A stretch of 64,000 bases of DNA from Candidatus Woesearchaeota archaeon (GTDB lineage: Archaea > Nanobdellota > Nanobdellia > Tiddalikarchaeales > Tiddalikarchaeaceae), in the NCBI GenBank assembly GCA_964457955.1, contig CAYWEY010000005.1, positions 923 to 64,922 on the forward strand, in the 5' to 3' direction. Below, in pieces: positions 37,890-48,115 of the stretch. Under the pieces are notes generated by a model. It saw only the letters and a list, made by a program, of their open reading frames with translations. It was not told where the DNA came from and ran no database searches. The translations under genes and the position numbers were made by a program. Every line of letters begins with the position of its first letter. Within the stretch, counting starts at the first letter, position 1.

Positions 37890-40235
37890 ATGGTGGATGG
37901 GGTTTACGAGATAAATACTAATTCTGATTATAAAGCAAGACTCATTATGTTAACTGAAGCATATATTGGAAAGATTTTTTCAGGAGAAAAATATTTGAAT
38001 GCTCTTTTTTCATATGCTAATGAAGTAAATGCTGATGCAATAATCTTTATGGGTGGAATGTTATATATGGATATGAAAAAGCATAGTTCTAAGAAGAACT
38101 TAAGAGCATTAACATCTGAAGAATATATCAGTAAAGATATTTTAGAGAAAAGCCTGCCTGATGTTGTTAAAAGAGATGACTGGTCTGAACTTGAAGAATT
38201 ATTGAATGATGAAGAAGGTGTTGAAGGATTAAGTGATGACATGTATGAAATAAAGAATATTTTGACATCTTATGCTTCTTCTGATGAGAAGAAAGATTCT
38301 CTTGTTAAAAAAGTTAAGAACGCTTTTAAGAAAAATAATGAATATGGAGTACCTGTTCGTGCGCTTTTCGGAGCAAATGAAGAAAATTTTGTTGAATCAT
38401 CAGGAAATGATGAATTAAGAGAAGATACTAAAGAAGATCAAGGTAAATTAAGTAATAAAGTTAAAAAATTAGAATATGTTTTAAAAATTGCTTACAAAAG
38501 ACTAGATTATGAGAAGGATGAGGAGAACAGGGACAGGGTTGAAGGAATTAGCAATTGGATTAAGCGTTTGGAAAGAGGTTTGGAGAAATTAAAAAGGAAG
38601 AAGAGCAAAGTCATAATGACTAATGCTTTGGATTCCCGGAGAAAAAAATATATCATTAAAGCAGAAAAAAGATTTAAAGAAGATATTAAAAACGCGATTC
38701 CTAATTTTGAATGGCTTCCAAAGAATGGTATGTTCAGAGTGAATAATACTCTTGTTAAAGCATCTTACAGTACTTATAAAATATCAAATAATCCCCTGCT
38801 TTCCGCTACAAAAATATTAAGAACTAATATTGGGAGGAGAGTATATGAAGGAAGAACAGATAATATACGAATGTTTGTTCAGGGAGGACTTCAGGGAGTT
38901 TTTTCATCATTAATTATGCTTGATACTTCAGGATATAATATTGATGAATTGCCTATAGGAATTCATACATCCGAGAATCATGATAGAAATATTTTTGCAG
39001 TCCAGCTTCCTCCTTTCATGAATAAAGATTGTTTAAGAAAAGTTCTTGAAGAAGAAGTTCTTATTCCTGCAGGAGAAAAACCTCAGAAAATGATTCACAA
39101 AATCCCTAATGTTGCTACAGGCGCAGTAGTCACTGATTTCTTAAATTCAGACGGTGCATTCGTAAGGTATAAGTATTTAACAACTGAATTTTTAGAAGAT
39201 TACCAGAATAACAAAATAGTGGCAGAACCCCCTAATTTTAGTTTTATTTCAAGAGGAGATGATCATCTTGGTTCAGCAACAACTAAACTAATTTATTTAT
39301 CAGATGAAGATAAAAGAAGAGCAGAAGAGTTTCTTAAGTTTAATTTAGGGAATAACTTGTTCAGAGTTAATCGTGCTGAAACCGCTGTTTATAACTTATT
39401 CCCGCATCACAGTATTTTTTATAACGGGGATAATGTCCAGGCAATGAATTATGATTTATATCTTGAAAAATATTATGACAAGAACATGTTTGAGTTCTCT
39501 GAAGGATTGAAAGAAAGTGTTGATAAAGCTTTTTATTCACTGCGAGACAAGTTCAGAAAGAATGCTGCAAACGTGCAGGACCAATTTGATGATTTCATTG
39601 GCTTAATGGTTGATTTGCCTAAGAGACAGAATAAGGAGATGATAAATAATGCAAGAAAATTAGGGATAAAAGGACCTTTAATTACTTTTGTTGCAGGGAA
39701 TCATTCCAAGCATTCTGATACTTCAGGACTTAATATTAATAAGCAATTTGCTGATATTGCGAGAAGAACGTATGATGTAAGTGAGGAAGAAATAGTTCAT
39801 GGGAGTATTGGAAGCGGGACGGGTTATCTTCCTTTCAGATGGGGTTTAGAAAATAATTTATATGATTTTGTTCAGAAACATAAGTGGAGTAGCACTCATA
39901 AAGGACAATTAAAAAATGTTTTAGGAAGAGCAGCGGTTATTGAGCAGAGGCGCACCAATTTTCGGCTTGGAGGACATACCCATACTCCTGCTTCAGGATT
40001 TAATGGTCAGGAATACGTATTTATTAATGGTTCAGCACAGGATAATAATGAATGGAAAGAAATGCTTAATCTCCCTCCCAGCACTACAGCATCATGGTGG
40101 GTTAATACTCCTGCAGAAAGTAAAGGACCTGTAAGCATGGTTCCTTTGACTCTTGAGTTAATAATGAGAGCATTGACTAATCCGGAAGAGATTAAGAGAA
40201 TTATTGATGAGAATTTCAGGTTTTATTCAGGATGA
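37890..40235 (+). CDS. Large (781 aa) calcineurin-like metallophosphoesterase with SbcD/Mre11-like motif order in C-terminal half; coiled-coil/acidic N-terminal half
   Basis: Motifs in order: 'GDDHLG' (D-x-H-LG), 'YNGDN', 'VAGNHSKH' (GNH[DE]-like), 'LGGHTHTP' (GH-x-H). First of three overlapping genes. Confidence 0.5.
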   Translation: MVDGVYEINTNSDYKARLIMLTEAYIGKIFSGEKYLNALFSYANEVNADAIIFMGGMLYMDMKKHSSKKNLRALTSEEYISKDILEKSLPDVVKRDDWSELEELLNDEEGVEGLSDDMYEIKNILTSYASSDEKKDSLVKKVKNAFKKNNEYGVPVRALFGANEENFVESSGNDELREDTKEDQGKLSNKVKKLEYVLKIAYKRLDYEKDEENRDRVEGISNWIKRLERGLEKLKRKKSKVIMTNALDSRRKKYIIKAEKRFKEDIKNAIPNFEWLPKNGMFRVNNTLVKASYSTYKISNNPLLSATKILRTNIGRRVYEGRTDNIRMFVQGGLQGVFSSLIMLDTSGYNIDELPIGIHTSENHDRNIFAVQLPPFMNKDCLRKVLEEEVLIPAGEKPQKMIHKIPNVATGAVVTDFLNSDGAFVRYKYLTTEFLEDYQNNKIVAEPPNFSFISRGDDHLGSATTKLIYLSDEDKRRAEEFLKFNLGNNLFRVNRAETAVYNLFPHHSIFYNGDNVQAMNYDLYLEKYYDKNMFEFSEGLKESVDKAFYSLRDKFRKNAANVQDQFDDFIGLMVDLPKRQNKEMINNARKLGIKGPLITFVAGNHSKHSDTSGLNINKQFADIARRTYDVSEEEIVHGSIGSGTGYLPFRWGLENNLYDFVQKHKWSSTHKGQLKNVLGRAAVIEQRRTNFRLGGHTHTPASGFNGQEYVFINGSAQDNNEWKEMLNLPPSTTASWWVNTPAESKGPVSMVPLTLELIMRALTNPEEIKRIIDENFRFYSG

Positions 40236-41653
40236 AGAAAGATGTTGAAGAATTATTTAAAAAAAAATATGCTTTGAATACTTCTTTTAATTATGATGAA
40301 GACATAAACAATATATTGGAGAATTATAAGACTGAAGAAGATGTTAGTATTAACAACTTACTCTATGATTTCCTGATTACCGTCCTTGATGACAGGAAAG
40401 AATTATCTCTAGAAGAATTATTGAATATAGGGCTTAATCCTTTTGATGTCAAATTCTTAGTGAATGATTGCATGCTTAAAGGATATTCTTTATCTATGAA
40501 AGAATGTTATTCAGTTATTTCAGTTATCAGGTGGGAGGAGATAGGTGACAGTATGAGCAAAGCTATCAAGGAAGCAGTTAATACTCCTGAAGAGAAAGAG
40601 AGGAGGAGGAAACAAGCACTGGAGTTATGGAAGAATCAGGAGTACAGGGAAAAAGTTGTAAGCGCCAGAAAGAGATTATGGAATAGTCCTGAATACAGGA
40701 AGAAGGTTATTAAGGGTTTGAAAGAGTATGCAAACACTCCTGAAGAGAAAGAGAGGAGGAGGAAACAAGCACTGGAGTTATGGGATAGTCCTGAATACAG
40801 GAAGAGGATGGAGAAAGCTTCAAAAAAGAGGTGGGAGAATCCTGAATACAGGGAAAAAGTTGTTGAGGGTTTGAAAGAGTATGCAAAGACTCCTGAAGGA
40901 AAGAAGAATTTAAGCAGGGCGGCATATAAGTCATGGAGTGTTATGACTTCTGAGGAGAAGAAGGACAGAATTGAGAGAAGAGATAAGGGTTTTAAGAAGT
41001 GGAGGAAGAAGAAGAGTAATGAAGAATATGGTGTTAATGATTATAAGGATTATGTTGTGAGAGTTGCTGAAAGCAGTGAATGGAAGAATTATGAAGGAAA
41101 AAGAACAAAAATAAATCTTTTTAAATTATTCTTGAAGAGAATAAAAAAAGAGAACAGTATTGAAGATTTCTTAAGAATTCTTGCACCTGAAAGAAAACAT
41201 TCAGAGCGTTTCAACGAACTCATGAGTTATGTGAAAGGAAATGCTTTCAAATTAATGAGTATTTTCAGAAATATTGGAAAAAATAAGGAATTAATCAATA
41301 CATGCGAGTATTTAGAAAATAATAATATTAAGATGAGTATTGATACTGTCTTCACAAAAAAAGATTATGATGCTTTAAAAAAATATTTTGATTATAATCG
41401 AGGAAGACATAAGACTAAGATGAGGAATTTTTTCGCATCATATTATATTTATTTCGCTGCATGCAGTCTTTATAATGAATTCAGGGATTTTGATGAAGAA
41501 TTTCTCCCGATTATTATGGACTCCTCTGTTGATGCATTAATAAATACTCTTGGATGGAGAAATCATTCTGAAAATTATACCAAGAATTTCAGGAAGTATT
41601 ATGCACGATTCTTAAGAATTTATAAGCAATTAGAGGAAGATGGATTATTATGA
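40232..41653 (+). CDS. Basic repeat protein (473 aa) with tandem 'PE[EY]R.K....LKEYA' ~25-aa repeats; paralog of next gene
   Basis: 'NTPEEKERRRKQALELWKNQEYREKVVSARKRLWNSPEYRKKVIKGLKEYA' occurs twice in tandem; overlaps upstream stop by 4 nt. Confidence 0.4.
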   Translation: MKKDVEELFKKKYALNTSFNYDEDINNILENYKTEEDVSINNLLYDFLITVLDDRKELSLEELLNIGLNPFDVKFLVNDCMLKGYSLSMKECYSVISVIRWEEIGDSMSKAIKEAVNTPEEKERRRKQALELWKNQEYREKVVSARKRLWNSPEYRKKVIKGLKEYANTPEEKERRRKQALELWDSPEYRKRMEKASKKRWENPEYREKVVEGLKEYAKTPEGKKNLSRAAYKSWSVMTSEEKKDRIERRDKGFKKWRKKKSNEEYGVNDYKDYVVRVAESSEWKNYEGKRTKINLFKLFLKRIKKENSIEDFLRILAPERKHSERFNELMSYVKGNAFKLMSIFRNIGKNKELINTCEYLENNNIKMSIDTVFTKKDYDALKKYFDYNRGRHKTKMRNFFASYYIYFAACSLYNEFRDFDEEFLPIIMDSSVDALINTLGWRNHSENYTKNFRKYYARFLRIYKQLEEDGLL

Positions 41654-42759
41654 GTTTCTTTGAACAAGAATACAGAGTTAAGCGTGATGTGGATTTGGGG
41701 GGAGGAATCTCGAATATTCTGGGCAAGTATAAGAATATCACTCTTGATTTTAATAATTTAGTGTATGACAATTATGATTTATTATTTGATGAAGAAGTTT
41801 ATACTCTTGAAGAATTGTTTGAGTTTTATAATCCCTGGGATGTCCGATTTTTGGTGAAAGAAGGTTTTCTTGACGGAGAATTATTAACTAATAAAGAATG
41901 CAGGAGTATTCATACTTCTCATTTTCTTAACACTAATGAAGGGATAATAGAGAAGAGGAATAAGACTTTAAGAACAAAAGAGTATCGTGAACTGGCAAGC
42001 CAATACTCTTTAGAGAGGTGGCATGGTAGTGATGAAAAATATGGTGAAGGCAGAATAAACACTCTTGAAGGATTATTCTCATGGATGGAGGATTCCGAAC
42101 TTAATGAACAGCGTATAAGGAATATTAAGAAGACAAAGAATACTCAGGAGTTTAAATGCACTACTATGAAAAGACTTGGAGTCAGTGATTACCGCAAGTA
42201 TTTGGTGAATTTTTATAAAAAAGTTGATAAAAATATGAGTTATTCCCAACTCTTCCATTATTTTCTCAGAAGAGTGAGAGATGATAAGAAAGAATGGGGT
42301 TTTATTGCACCAAAAAGTTCAAGAGAAGAAGATGATAAGTGTTTAAGGAAGAGGATTAAGGACAATTTCTTCTTATTCAATCATTTATTAAAAACTTTTG
42401 ACAATAATCCTGTTCTTAAAAAAGCATCAAAGCATATTAAGGAGAATAATATTGATGTAAGTCTTAATCCCGAAAATTATGAGGGTTATAAAGAACTTGT
42501 CAAAATTTTTGGAATAAAACGCTCCAAAAAGAATTATTACTATTACAGCGAATTCCACCGCGATTATTACCCTAAATTATTAGTTTGCAGTCTTGTTGAA
42601 GAAGAATATGATAAGAAAGAATTATATGAAGTATTAGTTGATGAAGCGCATGAATTATTGTTTATCAGACTATCTAATACTTCAGAACCTACCAAGTTTT
42701 ACAGAAGATTCTACCGTTCAATAAAGAAACTGAAAAAGAAAGGATGGATTTCCTGCTAG
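41650..42759 (+). CDS. Basic protein (369 aa), paralog of 40232..41653
   Basis: Shares 'NP[FW]DV[KR]FLV' N-terminal block and 'EYREL' basic repeat flavour with preceding gene; ATGA overlap. Confidence 0.4.
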   Translation: MSFFEQEYRVKRDVDLGGGISNILGKYKNITLDFNNLVYDNYDLLFDEEVYTLEELFEFYNPWDVRFLVKEGFLDGELLTNKECRSIHTSHFLNTNEGIIEKRNKTLRTKEYRELASQYSLERWHGSDEKYGEGRINTLEGLFSWMEDSELNEQRIRNIKKTKNTQEFKCTTMKRLGVSDYRKYLVNFYKKVDKNMSYSQLFHYFLRRVRDDKKEWGFIAPKSSREEDDKCLRKRIKDNFFLFNHLLKTFDNNPVLKKASKHIKENNIDVSLNPENYEGYKELVKIFGIKRSKKNYYYYSEFHRDYYPKLLVCSLVEEEYDKKELYEVLVDEAHELLFIRLSNTSEPTKFYRRFYRSIKKLKKKGWISC

Positions 42760-43340
42760 AACCATTCAGGATAATCTTTTTTTAATTTATTCACTTTTTT
42801 ATGAAGTGGTTCAGGCCTGCTGAAATTATTCTTAATAACCTCATCTGCAAGACTGAAAGTCTTATTAAGATTAAACATTTCATACTGCCTCTTCTCATGT
42901 TTTTTAAATTCTTCAAGTGTTTTAGGGAATCCTGGTCTTCCTCTTTGTCTTAATCTTTTGAATCTTATTTCAGGATCAGCATCAACTTTTAACAAGATAT
43001 AATCATCCCCGAATTCTTCTCTGAATATTTTACTATCACTAGGGAGTCTTATCCCGTCAATAATAGCTCTTTTTACATCTTCTTCTTTTATTTTCTCAAC
43101 AATTCTTTTCACAAAATAATCCTGACCATGCTTTTCTCTGAGTTCTTCGCTCACTCTATCAGTATTATCACGAGTTATGTTCAGTCCTTTTTTTCTTGTT
43201 TCTTCCCTAACTATATCGCCAACAGTGAACTGAGTATAACCATACTCTTCTTTCAAGTATTTCCCTACTTCTCCTTTCCCAGCACCGATTGTTCCGCATA
43301 AACCAATTATCTTAACCATTAATGAATAGGAATAATACAA
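42756..43340 (-). CDS. P-loop nucleotide kinase (dephospho-CoA kinase/CoaE-like or dNMP-kinase-like)
   Basis: 'KIIGLCGTIGAGKGEVGKYL' Walker A in a CoaE-like context; 194 aa. Confidence 0.55.
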   Translation of the reverse strand: MYYSYSLMVKIIGLCGTIGAGKGEVGKYLKEEYGYTQFTVGDIVREETRKKGLNITRDNTDRVSEELREKHGQDYFVKRIVEKIKEEDVKRAIIDGIRLPSDSKIFREEFGDDYILLKVDADPEIRFKRLRQRGRPGFPKTLEEFKKHEKRQYEMFNLNKTFSLADEVIKNNFSRPEPLHKKVNKLKKDYPEWF

Positions 43341-43381
43341 TGAATTAAAAATTTTTTTAACTCATTTATCAGTTTATAATT

Positions 43382-44117
43382 ATGATGATTTTATTAATAA
43401 TATTCTTAATATTTTTAGGAAACCTGACAGGTGTATTAATTGGTTTGTTAAAAAAAAAAAACCAACCAAGGGCTTAACTAGTTTCAATATAGGATTATCA
43501 GCAAGTATCATGATTTTTTTTATCATTCATTGAATTAATTCCTGAAAGTTTGAAATACTTGGATATTATTGTAACATCAATATTCTTTTTTATCGACGTA
43601 TTAATAATATGGACTGCTGATAATCTTCTTCCAATCATTGAACCAAACCTGGGAAAGAGGAAGAATGTTTTAAAAAAAATCAGTTATCCTAATCATTTTT
43701 GGAATAATTATTCATAATATTCCTGAAGGATTTGCAGTAAGCAGTTCTTACTTACTGACAGAATTAACCGGACTGAGATTAATGATTGGACTCGCATTCC
43801 ATAATGTTCCGGAAACTCTTGCACTTTCATTAATAGTTTATTCGTTCACAAAGAACAGGGGTAAGGCTTTCATTATTTCCATAATAACAATATTTGTTGA
43901 ATTACTGAGTTTCTTAATTGGTTATTTCTTTTTTAGTTTCAAATCATCAGTCATTATTGCATTAATGACGTGCCTGACTGCAGGAATAATGACTTATATT
44001 AGTATTGATGAAATGCTTCCTCTAGCAAGTTTTAAAAAACATAGAACTAGGACAATAACAGGATTAGTGCTTGGAGGATTATTAATTGTTTTAATAAAAA
44101 CTTTTATCAATAATTGA
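43382..44117 (+). pseudogene. zupT: ZIP-family zinc transporter (ZupT-like) interrupted by two frameshifts, both at homopolymers (T8 at 43514-43521; A8 at 43672-43679)
   Basis: Hand translation gives 'GLSASIMIFF|SFIELIPESLKYL...' and 'IIIHNIPEGFAV...LAFHNVPETLALS' (duplicated HNxPEG motif) in three different frames. Removing one base in each run restores a single ORF. A12 run at 43450-61 reads through. Confidence 0.6.
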
Positions 44118-44136
44118 TGATTATTAGTTTTTTTTT

Positions 44137-45273
44137 ATGAAAAAGAAGTCAAAAAAACAAGTTATGACTTTCTCTTTCGCAAGTTTTTTTAATGATATAG
44201 GGAGCGACATGGTTGCTCCAGTATGGCCTTTGTTCGTGACTTCAGTATTAGGTGCAGGAACTACTGCTCTCGGATTTCTTGACGGGCTTGGAATCGCACT
44301 TGTTTCATTAAGCAGTATGTTCAGCGGTTATTTCTCAGACAAGTTAAGGAAGCGCAAGTTATTCATCTGGACAGGTTATTTAATGTCAGGATTCTCACGA
44401 CTAGGTTATTCTATTTCCAGAGCCTGGCAGCACTTGGTTCCTTTCAAAATGTTTGACAGGATAGGTAAGATGAGGGATCCTCCAAGGGATGCGTTAGTTT
44501 CAGAAATAGTTCCAAAAAAAGAGAGGGGTGAGAGTTTCGGATTCCTACGCAGCATGGACACTCTTGGTGCAGTTGTGGGTACAATAATCAGTTATATACT
44601 CATAAGCCTGATTCCAATTAAGGACATATTATTAATTGCTGCAATACCAAGCATAATAAGCGCCTTACTAGTCCTAAAATTTGTTAAAGAAAAAAAGAAT
44701 AAGAAAAAAATATTTAAAGGATTCAAACCATTCAAACTAAATAATAATAATACTAAATTATTCTTCACTATAAGCGTCTTATTCTCGCTGACAACATTCA
44801 CTTACTCGTTCATAATCTTGTTCGCTAAAGAGATAGGATTCACAGATAAATCAATACCATTACTTTACCTAGTTTTTACAATGATTTATGCATTATTCTC
44901 TTATTATTTCGGAAAATTGTCAGATAAGATTAGGAGGAAGCCAGTTATTATTATTTCTTACATGATTTTTGCCTTAATGTGCGCAATGATAATCTTCACT
45001 CAAAACACTATTTATACTATTATTATCTTCGTTCTTTACGGACTGTTTAATGCAGCAGTAGATCCTGTTCAGAGAAGTTTCGTAGCAGACCTCTCAAAAA
45101 AAGAAGTGAGGGGGAGTGTTATGGGAATGTTCAAAATGCTTAATGGGTTAGCAGCAGTGCCCGCAGGATTACTTGCAGGATTCTTATATAATATTCATTA
45201 CACACTCCCGTTTCTTTTAGGACTAACGAGTTCATTATTCTCAGCAGGATTAATGGTTTTTGTTAAGGAATAA
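44137..45273 (+). CDS. MFS transporter
   Basis: 378 aa, 12 predicted TM segments. 'GRLSDKIRRK'-like loop motifs between TM2/3 and TM8/9. Confidence 0.7.
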   Translation: MKKKSKKQVMTFSFASFFNDIGSDMVAPVWPLFVTSVLGAGTTALGFLDGLGIALVSLSSMFSGYFSDKLRKRKLFIWTGYLMSGFSRLGYSISRAWQHLVPFKMFDRIGKMRDPPRDALVSEIVPKKERGESFGFLRSMDTLGAVVGTIISYILISLIPIKDILLIAAIPSIISALLVLKFVKEKKNKKKIFKGFKPFKLNNNNTKLFFTISVLFSLTTFTYSFIILFAKEIGFTDKSIPLLYLVFTMIYALFSYYFGKLSDKIRRKPVIIISYMIFALMCAMIIFTQNTIYTIIIFVLYGLFNAAVDPVQRSFVADLSKKEVRGSVMGMFKMLNGLAAVPAGLLAGFLYNIHYTLPFLLGLTSSLFSAGLMVFVKE

Positions 45274-45305
45274 ACTTTTTATATCATCATAATTTATTTT
45301 GTGTT

Positions 45306-47996
45306 ATGCGTAAGTGTGTTACTCCAATTATTGCAATTGTATTATTATCTTTGATGACTGTTGGTGCTGTTGGTGTCGCGTTCTTCTGGGTTAGTAATGT
45401 TCAGTCTTCTATTTCTGAGCAAGCAGGTAGTAGTGTTGGCAGTAGTCCGGGGAGTGATTGTAGTCGTCTTAATATTGTATCTGTTAGGGGTAACAAAGTT
45501 AGTGTTAGTAATGTGGGTTGTGATACTGTTGAGAATGTATCTGTTGTTGTTGATGGTGTTTTGACTGAGTATGAGGTTAGTCTTGGTCCTGGTCAGGCGA
45601 CCACGATTAATTTGGTTGAGTCCATGAGTAGTGGTGAAGAGCATTGCGTGACTGTTACTTTACCGAGTGGTGTTAGGAGCACTCAGTGTGTGAGTAGTTC
45701 TCAAGCGACTGAAGAAGCAGGTTTTGGAGAAGAAGAGGAAGAAGGTGTGTGGTATTCGGGTTGTAGTATGGGAGAAACAGTTGTTGACTGGGATGATAAA
45801 ACAACATTCTCACTTAGTGATACTTTGAGTTGTGGTTGTAACAGTACTAGTGGTATTAATTATTTGACTAATCCTGGTTTTGAAGATGACTTTACAGACT
45901 GGACTGTGGAGGATAATGGTGAGACAGTGATTATTAATAATACTATTGTTCATAATGGAAGCAAATCTGTTTATATGAAGAGCACTAATCCTGATATTGG
46001 TGTCCAGCCGAATGTATATCAATTTGTTGATGAAGCAGGATATATAATATTAAGTGTTAACAGCAGTGTTAATGATAGTGCTGGTGCTGACGCATTCACT
46101 GATGTGGTTGTTTCAGTTGGTGAAGATAGTCCTGAATATCGCATATATTATGGTTTGTTCTGGACTCCAGGAGGAACTATTGATTCATTCTGCAATGATT
46201 TTATTCCCATGGGAGAGAATATGTATGCTGTATGCCCGAGCGAGTCATTGAATGATTATGAATGGAACACTGTTTTTTTCCATCCTAAAGAGGATTTTAA
46301 GGAAATATTCGGTATTGATATTGATGATTATTCTGTTAAAGTAATCACTCTGTTAGTCGGCGGAACTACTGAAGCATACTTTGATGATTTATATACTGGT
46401 CCTTCAAGCGAAGGAATGTACTGCGACAGCAGTAATGATGATGGTGTTGCTGATGGTGTTTGTTATAATAATAGTTGCGTTGACACTTATATTCGGGATT
46501 GGAGCAGTCCTAATGAATTCTTTACAAGTGAAGATGTTTTTGTCAATGTCAGTCTTGTTAGTTTTGCTTCAAGTCCTAGTTGCAACCTGAATATTGATAA
46601 TTCTGATTATAGTATGGATTTAACGAGTTATTCAGCATCTGATACAACAAGTCCTTTATCAAGAGGAAGGTATGAAGCAAATGTTACTTGCACAGGAGAT
46701 AATAGTGAAATGTCCTTAGCCAGGAATATATCATCAAATATTATTAAACATAATTGGACAAACACTTACTCAATTTCAGGTTTAGGATATAAGCATATGG
46801 CTGTTGCAGAGTTTGATGGTTCCAGTCCGGGTAAAGAAATATTTATTCCATCATATAAGAATGAAACATTATTACTTTCTTCATCAGGCAATATTCTCAA
46901 GAATTTCAGCATATATAATGATTATATTGATATGGATTCTGAATACGGTGCTCATCCTTCTCCTGTAAGAATAGTTGATTTAAATAATGATGGATATAAT
47001 GAATTAATCTTTAAAACATGGAGCAATCTTTATGTTTATGATAAGAATTATGATTTGTTAGTGAATATTTCAGATTACTTTAATGATGATGTTGCTTTAT
47101 CCATTGCCGACGTTAATGATTCTTCTTCAGGTTTAGAAATTGTTGACACTGATTCAGGGAATATAAGAATATATAATAGTACTGGAGGAGAATTAGTTGA
47201 TAAAGATTATTATAGTTGTACTTCTAGAGGAGGCACTGCCATAAAAGGAGCTGTAGTGGATGATATTAATCCTAATAATCCTGGTCCTGAAGTGATTATT
47301 GGAGAACCAAGATGTTATTGGAAAGGAATCAGAATGTTCATGACTAATGGGAGTTATTTATATAATTATTCTTTGCATACTTCTGACAGTATGTCTAAGT
47401 GGGCTACTCCTGCAGTAGCAGATGTTGATTCATCCAGTCCTGGTAAAGAAATTGCTTACCCATTGCATGATGATAGTGGCAATAATTATCTTTACTTGTT
47501 TAACAGTTCTTTAAGTCCTTTATGGAATTATTCTTATTCAGGAAGTGATTATTATCCTCATTCTCCAATAATAGGTGATGTTGACGGTGACGCTGATTTG
47601 GAAATAATATTTTATACAGAAGATAATTCTGGAAGTTCAAACCATAAATTATGGGTTTTTGATAAAGATGGTAATGTAATTTTAGAATATGATGGTTTTT
47701 CAGGAGATATTCGTCCATTACTCTCAGAAATTGACTCAGGCAATCCTGGTCTTGAAATAATGAGTGGGGGTAGTGAGGGATTGAAAGTATTGAATTCAAC
47801 AGGATATGATTTGTACACTAGTACTATGAGTGTGGGCCCAAATATTGTTACAACAGATATTGATAATGATGGGTATATTGAGATAATAGCTGCGTCTGGT
47901 GGTTCGGTGAATTGTTTTGAAACATTATCAACAGAGACGAGTAAGATTTGGCCCACTTTTCATCAGAATAATAACAATACAGGATATTTGTCCTGA
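45306..47996 (+). CDS. Giant surface protein with archaeal type-IV-pilin-like (class III signal) N-terminus, conserved ~110-aa Cys-containing N-domain, and FG-GAP-like beta-propeller repeats
   Basis: 'MRKCVTPIIAIVLLSLMTVGAVGVAFFWVS' resembles archaeal pilin N-terminal domain. Repeats 'DVDSSSPGKEI', 'DLNNDGYNELIF', 'DVDGDADLEIIF', 'DIDNDGYIEIIA'. N-domain is paralogous to the ORF at 61278. Confidence 0.6.
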   Translation: MRKCVTPIIAIVLLSLMTVGAVGVAFFWVSNVQSSISEQAGSSVGSSPGSDCSRLNIVSVRGNKVSVSNVGCDTVENVSVVVDGVLTEYEVSLGPGQATTINLVESMSSGEEHCVTVTLPSGVRSTQCVSSSQATEEAGFGEEEEEGVWYSGCSMGETVVDWDDKTTFSLSDTLSCGCNSTSGINYLTNPGFEDDFTDWTVEDNGETVIINNTIVHNGSKSVYMKSTNPDIGVQPNVYQFVDEAGYIILSVNSSVNDSAGADAFTDVVVSVGEDSPEYRIYYGLFWTPGGTIDSFCNDFIPMGENMYAVCPSESLNDYEWNTVFFHPKEDFKEIFGIDIDDYSVKVITLLVGGTTEAYFDDLYTGPSSEGMYCDSSNDDGVADGVCYNNSCVDTYIRDWSSPNEFFTSEDVFVNVSLVSFASSPSCNLNIDNSDYSMDLTSYSASDTTSPLSRGRYEANVTCTGDNSEMSLARNISSNIIKHNWTNTYSISGLGYKHMAVAEFDGSSPGKEIFIPSYKNETLLLSSSGNILKNFSIYNDYIDMDSEYGAHPSPVRIVDLNNDGYNELIFKTWSNLYVYDKNYDLLVNISDYFNDDVALSIADVNDSSSGLEIVDTDSGNIRIYNSTGGELVDKDYYSCTSRGGTAIKGAVVDDINPNNPGPEVIIGEPRCYWKGIRMFMTNGSYLYNYSLHTSDSMSKWATPAVADVDSSSPGKEIAYPLHDDSGNNYLYLFNSSLSPLWNYSYSGSDYYPHSPIIGDVDGDADLEIIFYTEDNSGSSNHKLWVFDKDGNVILEYDGFSGDIRPLLSEIDSGNPGLEIMSGGSEGLKVLNSTGYDLYTSTMSVGPNIVTTDIDNDGYIEIIAASGGSVNCFETLSTETSKIWPTFHQNNNNTGYLS

Positions 47997-48039
47997 ACAT
48001 AAAGGTTTAAAAACTAAAAAACATTTTTTTTACTTTATT

Positions 48040-48115
48040 GGCTGGGGTAGTTTAATCTGGTTTAGAATAACAGGTTGTGGCCCTGTTGATCCGGGTTCAA
48101 ATCCCGGCCCTGGCC
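48040..48115 (+). tRNA. tRNA-His (anticodon GTG) with genomically encoded G-1 and discriminator C73
   Basis: G(-1) at 48040. Acceptor GCTGGGG/CCCTGGC. Anticodon stem ACAGG/CCTGT with loop TT-GTG-GC (GTG at 48077-79). T-arm CCGGG-TTCAAAT-CCCGG. Adjacent to hisS. Confidence 0.8.
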
